Below are positions 42,101 through 52,000 of a DNA stretch of 64,000 nt, piece by piece. Below the pieces are notes generated by a model, which did no database searches, was not told where the DNA came from, and worked only from the letters and a program-made list of their open reading frames with translations. The first letter of the stretch is position 1. The number at the start of each line of letters is the position of its first letter. A program made the position numbers and the translations under genes. The stretch lies in the NCBI RefSeq assembly GCF_964355755.1, contig NC_092675.1, positions 9,109,812 to 9,173,811 of the forward strand, written 5' to 3'. This stretch comes from Antedon mediterranea. Lineage: Eukaryota > Animalia > Echinodermata.

Positions 42101-45100
42101 TTTTATTAAAGGGAAAACTGGATGAACAAGCACATTAATCAAGGCCTGCAGTCGGTCACATGATAATATTAAGATAAGATATAAATGAAGAATCCTAAAA
42201 GCTATATTAAACAAGATACAAAAAACTTATTTAAAATATTGTTGTTTTATTTACATTTACATTTTTCTGAATTATTATTAATTAAAATCTATCCCAACAA
42301 TTTTGTTTAGGGTTATTTTAAATGTCCAAGCAAGGTGTAAATTATAAAAAATCGGATATTTTAGGTTTTTTAACTGCATTTTTATAATGAAACCGTACTA
42401 ATAGGAATGAAAATTATTTATTATACACAAGATAAATGCAGTTTTGGGAATAGAGTGTAACCACTGCAGTAGTAAATTATTTATCCAGTAAAATAGTACA
42501 CCTCTAGGTTGATGCTATTTTTGGTATTCTACGACAATATATTGAGTGTGTTGGTCTCTGCATTGTAATGTGTATTGTGTTACAAAGTAGTAAAAGAAAA
42601 TTAAAAAAAAAAACAAGTACCCTTTGTTTTTCTCCATCCATGAATCTAAGACTAAAGTAATCCTTCTCCATGATATTTAGCTTGCTAAAAACATAGTCCA
42701 ACAGTACCTGACCTTTTGCATCTTTCTACAAAAAGGAGGGAAAAAAACATTTTCACAACCTATTATTAGTATTTATCAAACATCCATTGAGCATGCCCTA
42801 TTGATCGTCATTGATCATCAAAGATAGTCACTATTTTTTATAAATGAATGTTTAATTCAGGCCTACAGTAAAAGTAATACATCAATTTTTGTTGAAATCA
42901 TTTTATTTTACCTAACAGGTTTCAAAGAAGTACCTAGGTGTAATGTCAGGCCCGTAGCCAGGGGGGGTTTTTATGGTTCGGGCGAACCCCCCTTTACAGC
43001 GAACCCCCCTTAACCGACTGCGAACCCCCATCCCCGACATGCCCAATACCTCACCCTCATCTCCGAAAATCGTCCAAATACGTGCCCCACAGTACAAAAA
43101 GTTGTTCGTAAATTAAAAAATTCGTAAACTCGTTCGGAATAACTCATACAGTACCTTCTTCCCTGTATGAGCGTACTTCGAGCGATATAGTCTGTAAATT
43201 TCTAAGAGTTGCAAATGAATTGCCGATTTTATCAACATGATATTGACGCGTCTCACAGCGAGCTGGGGGACGAACGATTTGTACAAAGGACACCACCAGA
43301 CAACTGCGTACCAATTGTTTAGATCACTGGCAGTCAGGCAGCATGCATAAAGTATATAGCCTTCCGACATACATCAGTATTTATGTGTGGCTATGAAGTA
43401 TAATGTATCATAGAGGATTATAGTGAATATTAATATTTTACACTATAATATCTATGGTATCATGTACTGTAGTTCACATTATGGCATCCGATTATTTTTT
43501 TCTAGACCACCAGCCGATATGTACTCAAATGTATCAATATCACCTATTTACATTGGCATATTTAATTTCCTCAACAAATTGCTTTAAATAAATATTATAG
43601 ATAGAGCTATAATAAGAATTGCATTTTCCTTCACCCAGTGTGCTTTTTTCGGGGCTTCTCCTAGACGTACGTTCGCATTGAACTTGAACGCAAAACCAAA
43701 TATCGAGTAAAATGATCTAACAATCGGCGGTTCCGCACAGAGCACGCGCATCTAACATACGGCAACAAATGTTATCGTTTAAATAGTCCACGAGTCCAAG
43801 TACGATCGTTTTGCTCATTGGTAGCATGCTGCATGAGAGTGTCTTTTCCGGCCATCTAGGGGTGTCATTTAACAAAATTTGCTTCGCCGATACGTACTCA
43901 AATGTATCAATATCACCTATTTACATTGGCATATTTAATTTCCTCAACAAATTGCTGTAAATAAATATTATAGATAGAGCTATAATAAGAATTGCATTTG
44001 CCTTCACCCAGTGTGCTTTTTTCGGGGCTTCTCCTAGACGTACGTTCGCATTGAACTTGAACGCAAAACCAAATATTGAGTAAATGATCTAACAATCGGC
44101 GGTTCCGCACAGAGCACGCGCATCTAACATACGGCAACAAATGTTATCGTTTAAATAGTCCACGAGTCCAAGTACGATCGTTTTGCTCATTGGTAGCATG
44201 CTGCATGAGAGTGTCTTTTCCGGCCATCTAGGGGTGTCATTTAACAAAATTTGCTTCGCCGATACGTACTCAAATGTATCAATATCACCTATTTACATTG
44301 GCATATTTAATTTCCTCAACAAATTGCTGTAAATAAATATTATAGATAGAGCTATAATAAGAATTGCATTTTCCTTCACCCAGTGTGCTTTTTTCGGGGC
44401 TTCTCCTAGACGTACGTTCGCATTGAACTTGAACGCAAAACAAAATATTGAGTAAATGATCTAACAATCGGCGGTTCCGCACAGAGCACGCGCATCTAAC
44501 ATACGGCAACAACTGTTATCGTTTAAATAGTCCACGAGTCCAAGTACGATCGTTTTGCTCATTGGTAGCATGCTGCATGAGAGTGTCTTTTCCGGCCATC
44601 TAGGGGTGTCATTTAACAAAATTTGCTTCGCCGATACGTACTCAAATGTATCAATATTTATTGATTTATTTATTTTTTCGGGGCTTCTCCTAGACGTACG
44701 TTCGCATTGAACTTGAACGCAAAACAAAATATCGAGTAAATGATCAAACAATCGGCGGTTCCGCACAGAGCACGCGCATCTAACATACGGCAACAAATGT
44801 TATCGTTTAAATAGTCCACGAGTCCAAGTACGATCGTTTTGCTCATTGGTAGAATGCTGCATGAAAGTGTCTTTTCCGGCCATCTAGGGGTGTCATTTAA
44901 CAAAATTTGCTTCGCCTCAGGCCCACCCCAGGGGGGGGGGAGGTATGGGGGTGGGGTGACCCAAATACTTAGTGTGCGAACCCCCCCTTGACAGATCCTG
45001 GCTACAACCCTGAATGTGCTCTTACAGAATTTGTGATTGTTAAATTAGGGATGTGTAACAAATTACTGTGGTTGAGACCTGTTGCATTTTGACTAAAACA

Positions 45101-46952
45101 TGGTAGAGGCACGTGTATAATATGTTCTTAAAAAGTGAACACATAATTATGAATTGTATTATACCATATGGACAATTGTCTGATATAAAAGTTGAATTAA
45201 ATTGAATATACCCTACCAATGTATTTTCGCGCGGCTTTAGCCAGCTAAAACCCCAGGGGACATAATCAATAAAACCTGTATCAACGCGAAAGCGAGTAAA
45301 CTCGACGAATTGATAGGTCCAAGCTGCTGGACGCAAAAAAACAGCTGGGAGGGCTGAGTCTATAGTATGAGGGCTCACGGTTTAACGATTTTTTATTCTC
45401 GCCCTTTGATTGGTTGATGCGAATCAACAGACTACCGTTGTCTCTGAGGACTGCTGAATGTCCTGGCATGTCCAACACACATCAGGAAAATAATATATTA
45501 AAATTCTTTGAATGAGGCTAAATAAACACTCTTTTTATTTAATAAATGCAGCTTCCACTAAAACTAACAAATTCGGCATTCCCATTTTATGTAAATGGTA
45601 ATGTTTTTTCTATATAAAATAAAAGCTATACATTTTAAAGTAAAACTGGTGTAGGGCTACGTATCAGTCGGCAAATGAGATTGTTTTTAATGTATCGAAA
45701 AGCGGGCAATCCTGCCGGGAAAGCAGTTGGTATGTATTGTATAATGCTTAATTTAGGCTAGTGTCTTACCGTAGTAATCATTCACAACAAGTAGCTGATA
45801 AATACCAAGTATTTATAAGAGACATTAGTTTTAATGTTTTGATTTGTCCACTATATTCTATTATGCGTATTATACTTTTTTTATTTCTGCATATTATTAT
45901 TTAATAACCCAAACAAGGCTCATTAAAGCATAATATTTCCCTTTTTTTTCAATTGTATTTGTTTCATTTTAACCACTTGAGTTTATAACAAACAAGTTAC
46001 CGGTATCTGTTTGACAGTGAGGGTATGGATTGATAGGCGCGGCACAGCAAAAATGTCCTAAGTTGTTATCGATATAAATAACAAAGTATTAATACTGGTA
46101 AATAATTTCTAAAATATCTAAAGTAATTTCGAACATTTAAATAATACAATTTGCAAAATAAAACGAAAACCCCAAAACCACTTTATTTTCAAAAAGCACA
46201 CATACTTCTTCGCACTTGTAAAATAAATTGAGGGAAAAAATGTATTAGGTTAATAAAAATTCAAAGTGCAACGTTTGCTGAAAATATTAATATATTATTA
46301 TTCACTGTAGTGATGGCGATGTGCACACCAGAAATATCACTGCTGTTTCTGGAATTGAAGACCGCCAATTCGGCTTCATAATACAGACGTATTACTATTT
46401 AGTAAAATATTAACATTTTAACACACATGGCGTGTCATACATATTCAAGAATAATTACAATTCTGGCGGCCAAAATGAACAATTCAATACATGTTTTGTC
46501 CTTTTTGGCGTTTAATGAATTTGGCAATTCCATAACCGGCGGCCGAAATGATCAGACACCCTACTAGGTCGTCTATCTATAATATAAGACTAGCCGGCGA
46601 GGCCTATTAAGTATAGGCCTACTACCTATAGGCCTAGCCTACTAGCCCTACACGCTACTAGCCTAGCCTACCTACTAGCTAGGGCATACTAGCTAGTACT
46701 ATACTACTCATAGGCTAACCAGTCCAGGATAGGTGGTAGAGGACTCTAGGCTAATAATAAGGAGTAGGGAGACCGGCCGGGAGACCTGGGCTCGTTGGGG
46801 GAGGGGTTGCTTTGCACTCTACCTAGCTAGGCTACTCTGACCATACTGACACTCTGACAGGCTCTGTTTGAGTACGTACGTACCTCAAAAACGCATACGA
46901 GAGGCTCGATTTGCTCTTCAAGGCGTCGAATTTTACACTGATATCGATTCAT
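21124..46952 (-). CDS. FRMD5: FERM domain-containing protein, FRMD3/FRMD5-like (FERM + FERM-adjacent + C-terminal TM helix), 12 exons, 563 aa
   Basis: Exons 46952-46884, 42725-42621, 36471-36429, 25853-25677, 25296-25179, 24939-24852, 24492-24340, 23908-23820, 22777-22706, 22446-22378, 22075-21996, 21752-21124, all GT-AG, summing to 1692 nt. Motifs: KDAKGQVLLDYVF, EKDYFSLRF, HWIDP, FRVKTYP, LQLCRDLQHGRL, TYGVDPHPV, KHLWKCAVDHQSFF, RFRFSGRT, and a hydrophobic helix followed by VRDF...YYTPLK as in FRMD3/5. Probably a single pro-ortholog of FRMD3 and FRMD5. Confidence 0.88.
22880..23230 (+). mobile_element. 3' end of a Rex1/L2-group LINE
   Basis: DPTHPLH...SGIRLRPPRANLCRTRKSFV C-terminal motif, a 3'UTR, AATAAA and a (CTTGAAT)n tail. 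Confidence 0.6.
27512..28885 (+). mobile_element. 5'-truncated CR1/Jockey-group LINE with uninterrupted 428-aa RT ORF (27579-28865)
   Basis: NYRPISLL, QHGF, DFSKAFD, GVPQGSILGP, FADD motifs and an (AAATA)n tail; antisense within FRMD intron 3. Confidence 0.93.
29632..30490. repeat. ~81-87-bp minisatellite, ~10 copies
   Basis: Unit ...TATGCATCTTGGGGTAGGGACGTCACTCCACTAAGGTCATAATGACCCGCA...; a related single copy lies at 29281-29320. Confidence 0.95.
32050..35704 (-). pseudogene. Decayed THAP-domain P-element/THAP9-type transposase
   Basis: THAP start MSHSHCSAINC (ATG 35704, frameshifted); THAP C-terminal exon SNHF...LNFNAIPTIFDFPN (~34740-34860); core LCVIAFDEMSL...FYDESNDRIEGFEDYG (32452-32769); YITGYL (32370-32603). 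Stops, frameshifts and internal deletion are present, and termini were not located. Confidence 0.8.
33606..34520. repeat. 31-bp minisatellite (GAGTATAGTATTCATTGTGTATTAAAGTAAT)
   Basis: About 28 tandem copies inside the THAP transposon remnant. Confidence 0.95.
36842..41150 (-). mobile_element. L2-clade LINE (endonuclease + RT, disrupted), interrupted by a nested LINE
   Basis: APE motifs (IAIYRPP, VGDFNIH, GHTLDL, SDH) at 40420-40838; RT at 37226-38224 (LLDYSAAFD, GVPQGS, YADD); C-terminus RAFAVAAPKLWNTLP; L2-type 3' end (AGCGCTTTGA...GCGCTTATAAAT) with (TATT)n tail. The 5' boundary is approximate. Confidence 0.88.
38554..39832 (-). mobile_element. 5'-truncated LINE (CR1-group, YVDD RT) nested in the L2 element
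   Basis: VDFRKAFD, GVPQGTKLGP, RWKYVDD, IRPVTEYACPVW; tail (GAATACGAAT)n; ATTAGT duplicated at 38548-38553 and 39833-39838. Confidence 0.85.
42947..45012. mobile_element. Non-autonomous hAT5-like element with internal 372-bp tandem repeats
   Basis: Termini CAGGCCCGTAGCCAGG / CCTGGCTACAACCCTG with AATGT on both flanks; subterminal CGAACCCCC motifs. Confidence 0.78.
43514..44916. repeat. 372-bp tandem repeat, ~4 copies (last one internally deleted)
   Basis: ORFs 43913 and 44285 are near-identical at a 372-bp offset. Confidence 0.95.
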
Positions 46953-47675
46953 TTTTTTAAATAAACCATCATCAGGTTAGAGAAATAGAATTGACGTTGT
47001 GTAGACCTAGGCCTACCGACAAGCAAAAATGATAAAAAGCCATAAAAAAAAACAATCTCAATATGTCTTAAACAGATGATATCCAAAACACAAATCGTCT
47101 TTTCTCGGGAGACACATCTTGTGTCACACCGCACGCGACCGTCAAAATAATATCGCACGATATTCTCTCGTCGTATGCAAATTAGATTAAGTTATTTGCA
47201 CGTTTAACCCTATATCTTTATTATTTTGTGGAAATGTGCATAGTTTATTTGGCCTACGTTGAAGTTCCGGTGGTCGTTGAAATAACCACTTGCTTTCGGT
47301 ATAGGAGAAGAAGGGATTTGGGAAAACATAAGGTAAGCGTTATATGGGCACCAGTCGTGCAGGTTATGAATATTAATGAGGAGGTACTATTTGAATATTC
47401 ATTTGTCAAAACCCAGCAGACCAAGACGATTCTCAGCCTGCAGCTTCTCGATTCCGTAGGCTTACACAGTACAGTTACTAATAAATTCTAGACTATGGGA
47501 TAGTTAACTATTATGTAACTATAATTAGCATAATGATGGTTTAGGGTTTAGTAATTTTTATTGATGACATTACGAAATATTGAATCCATAATTTACAATG
47601 GCGTGTATTTATGTAAAACAAATATAAATGACCCACCAATTGTTTTCACATTCAGAACTGCAGATATAGGACACA

Positions 47676-47852
47676 CAGGGAATAATTTCGCCAGTGTAGC
47701 ATAGCAAAAAGCTATACAAAACAACCTTTTTGCTACACGTATTTCTACAATTGTGTAGCAAAAAATACAATACAAAACTATGTTTCTTGACTAAAAAATC
47801 AGTTTGATTAGCAATTTTGCTAAACAAAATTTTCAAATGAAATTTTTCCCTG
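47676..47852. mobile_element. 177-bp MITE inserted in the left TIR, 5-bp TSD ACACA
   Basis: Absent from the matching position of the right TIR (~60212-60225). TIRs CAGGGAATAATTTC/GAAATTTTTCCCTG; same family as 15516-15690. Confidence 0.92.
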
Positions 47853-47919
47853 ACACATAATTACTTCGTACAAGAATGGTGCCCAAAACTATATTATGAG
47901 ATATATGTACACATTATTA

Positions 47920-48602
47920 AATGCACGGCTGGTGCCCATCTGCAGCACTGGTATAATATTAACTATTTAACATCAGAATCAGATAGATATAAAAATGCAC
48001 GGCTGGTGCCCATTGCAGCACTGGTGCCCATATAAACTCTTTAACATTAGATAGATATAAACATGCACGGCCGGTGCCCATCTGCAGCAATGGTGCCCAT
48101 TTTAACTCTTTAACATTGGATAGATATAAAAATGCACGACTGGTGCCCACCTGCAGCACTGGTGCCCGTATTAACTCTTTAACATTAGATAGATATAAAC
48201 ATGCACGGCTGGTGCCCATCTGCAGCAATGGTGCCCATTTTAACTCTTTAACATTGGATAGATATAAAAATGCACGACTGGTGCCCACCTGCAGCACTGG
48301 TGCCCGTATTAACTCTTTAACATTAGATAGATATAAACATGCACGGCTGGTGCCCATCTGCAGCACTGGTGCCCGTATTAACTCTTTAGCATTAGATAGA
48401 TATAAACATGCACGGATGGTGCCCATCTGCAGCACTGGTGCCCGTATATAACTCTTTAACATTATAGATATGAACATGCACGGATGGTGCCCATCTGCAG
48501 CACTGGTGCCCGTATTAACTCTTTAACATTAGATAGATATAAACATGCACAGCTGGTGCCCATCTGCAGCAATGGTGCCCATTTTAACTCTTTAACATTA
48601 GA
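47920..48602. repeat. 69-bp subterminal tandem array of the left TIR
   Basis: Unit AACATTAGATAGATATAAACATGCACGGCTGGTGCCCATCTGCAGCACTGGTGCCCGTATTAACTCTTT, ~9 copies, with alternating variants. Confidence 0.95.
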
Positions 48603-49081
48603 CTCTTTTTTTTTTAACTTTTAAACAATTGATAGATATACAAATGCATGTACACAGTATACTAGACTCATTCAATTTAATTAATTAAATTCTTTTAATT
48701 GAGACGTAATGTAAGTCCATATTTATAGAAAACAAAACAAGAAAGTACAAAATAAATGAAAGTTATAATAAAGCCTGTAAAACAAAAGGACTAGTAACAT
48801 ATTTCTTTCTCAAATTACATTTTAGAAATCGGAGAAACAACATTTGCAAATACACATATATATGCATATATTTATTAATATGTAGTTATGCAGGGTGGAG
48901 ATGGGTAAGGTGCCCGGCCTAAAATTCATTCACCCAGTTTGATTTCATTTGAAGGCCTTCCACCCAGCTGAATTTCAGCCTAGCACAGTTTAAGTACTTT
49001 TAGGCATATGTAAAATTGAGGTTCCACTGTACTGTATTTGTATATCATTAGTATTAATTTGATCAATAAGTAACTTGATAC

Positions 49082-52000
49082 TTATTCATATTGGGCTGTA
49101 CATATTGGACAAACGTAGCCACCTCGTGGTCTTGATTTTACATTAACACATTTAAAGTGACACCATCGGCCACATACATCGCACGCAACCCAATCTGCTG
49201 GCAACTTTGGCTTCATACAACCAACAATATCACACAGTCTCCGCTGTGATTTAGGCTTCAGGGAGGATTGCAAAAATTTTGCTAGAACATATTTCCTCAT
49301 GGCAAGTGCATGAGCCTGGCCCAGACTGGTTGGTAATATGTTCCGACTTAAAGCAAGAGCATTCTGAAAATAAATAAAAAATTCAGTACATTTCAAAATA
49401 TTTTATAATATTTATATTACATTTAATATATACATTAGAGCACATGAGTAGTGACTATTATTTCTTACCAACATGACAAATGCTCCGCAGGAACTTCCAT
49501 CACTTTGCTTTCCTGATAGTAATTGTGTGTCATGTATCCATTGATCTTTTAACTCACCAGTTGCATCACTACGACATCTCATGTATTCTCTGTAGTGAAC
49601 AAACCAAAAAGGTATGTACAGTGTTAAACTCAAACATTGAACTCTATGTGAATTTCTGTTTTTCTAAACAAATTAAAACACCAACCTGAACTTATTAATA
49701 TAGATTGAGTTGTCTCTTCCAGGCAAGGAGTCTAACAATGAAACCCTCATAGTGGGAACATAAGCAGCCAGGAGTATCCAATGATTTTGGTTAATGTTAA
49801 TTGGAAGAAAAATCCAAGAAAACTTGACCAACTTAACCTAATGTTTAAAAAATAACAATTTTAAATAATGATAAAAACCAAAATTGATTCAAGTGTGAAG
49901 GTTAGCTAACACTAGAGCATATTGAAGCTTATGTGGGTACTAAAAACAGTTAATAATTATTTACTAGGGACAATACTGTTTATGAAAATGCACTAATAAT
50001 AAACTAACCTTCTTGAACAACCAGGGGGCTAAACTATCCACACTCCATTGAACAGCTACATAAGATGGCATTATGAAAATGTGACCATGGTCTTCTGTGT
50101 TTGTTTCTCTTTTTAGCAAATGCAAGTAAGCATTTATTACCTAATTTTGGATAAACAAAATGATAAAAATATTGAATGGCTGATATTATTTTTCAAAAAT
50201 TTTCTTTTTAAAGCACTTATTTATGTGTATTTATTTGAGGCTATGAAATTAAATATCATAACAGAGAATCAGTACTATTGTTGCATAGTAACTGATAAAA
50301 TGAGTTTATAGTTAACAGTATAGTAATCAATTCTTATTAAAGTAAATTTTTCTTAGAAATGATCCTTTTTGTCATATGTGTAGAAAAATTAAAACAAGTT
50401 TTGTTTAGGTGTGTTAAAGGACTTACTTTGTCATTTAACCAATTTGGATGAACTAAACACTTGAAGTCATCATGCTCTATTACATCTCCTCCAACATGAT
50501 ACCTCACTTTCTTGCTTTTAGGTACATCAACATTTTTTTCGGATGTTAGCTCAACTAAAAGTGTGTCTGTATTAAATGAAACAATGTTTCTATAACAGTC
50601 ATAATAAGAACATTCAGTAACCGTTAACAGTAAAAATTAAAAATTATTAATTATTATAACATTATATTAATAACATTATATCATCAACACTTTTTTTAAT
50701 CTTACTCAACTGGGAGTATGTCTGTAATACTGTGAAATAAACATAACATTTTAACAACAACAACAAACAAATCAATATCATAAAAACTTGCCTTTCTTGT
50801 TATTGGAAAGAAATGTTTGGCTAGCAAAAGAAATCGCTTTCTCTTTCTTCTGTGGTGATATTTTAGGCTTGTATGAATCAACTTCAGGTGCTGTAAATTG
50901 TAAATGTTATATATGTAAAATATCTCTTCGTGAATTAATATACTAAAAAGATTAAAAAAGGATGAAGGTAATTTCTCACTACATACAGATCTTTTTTAAT
51001 GTACTTTAAAATTAACAAAATAAAAACATGCCTCTCTTATTATCAATCTATGCCTGAAAGTTTGATCACAATTAAAATATTAATATATAAATAAATCACT
51101 ACTATTTCTTTTTCCAAAACTCTCCTACTTTTGTAGGAAAGGCCTCTATACCATTATGATTTACACAAAAAATATAGCAGAATTAATATTTAATTTAACT
51201 TGTGTATACTTTATATTTTTTTTCCGTATTTATTATTATACAATGTGAAAAGTCATAGTCATAGTCATATAGTCATATATACTTTATTGTCCATTTAAAA
51301 AAACAGAAATGTGATTTGAAAACTGGCAAAATACAAAGAAAGGTATTTGACAATAATATTATTATTTATTGGGTGCAAGGCTTTACCTGAATGCACAGGT
51401 GATTGCATTTCCGTATCTTGTTCAGAAGGTGAACAGGGAGCTGGAAATCATAAAAATAAAATGTGACATACACATAATAAGAGTATCATCTTGATTTTGA
51501 ATACATTTCCATACAATTTGAGTACTATATAATCAAATATTACAAAGTAATACAGATGGCAGATGAAAATACTGTATAACAGGGCTCAAATTTTACTTTT
51601 GTATCAACTACCAAACATTTGCTAGTTGTAAAAATCTAACTAGCAAATTGAGCAACCCAACTAGCAAGTAAGATAAGGAAAATTAATCTATCTCTGGTCC
51701 CTCTACACATTCATAAAATGGTTTGCTTCAAATATACATACATACATACATTCAACATAAAATAGCTGACTAAATATAGAAATCTTTTTTTGTAATAAAT
51801 ACTTAATAGTAAGTTATATAATGTGATTTATGATAAGTACCTTTAAAATATCCATCAATCTTTGTGTTTACTAAATTCACTTTTCTGAAACCTCTTCTGG
51901 TCATTTTCTTTTTTTTCTTAATGACAGGTAATTCTCGATGTTGAGGACTCTTTCTCTTTCGCTCAAACAGTTTTGGCTCTGCATCAGGAATTAAGCCTTC

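Noticed and set aside
43913-44903. Repeated 75-111-aa ORFs
   Set aside because: Artefacts of the 372-bp tandem repeat inside a non-autonomous element, with no domain motifs.
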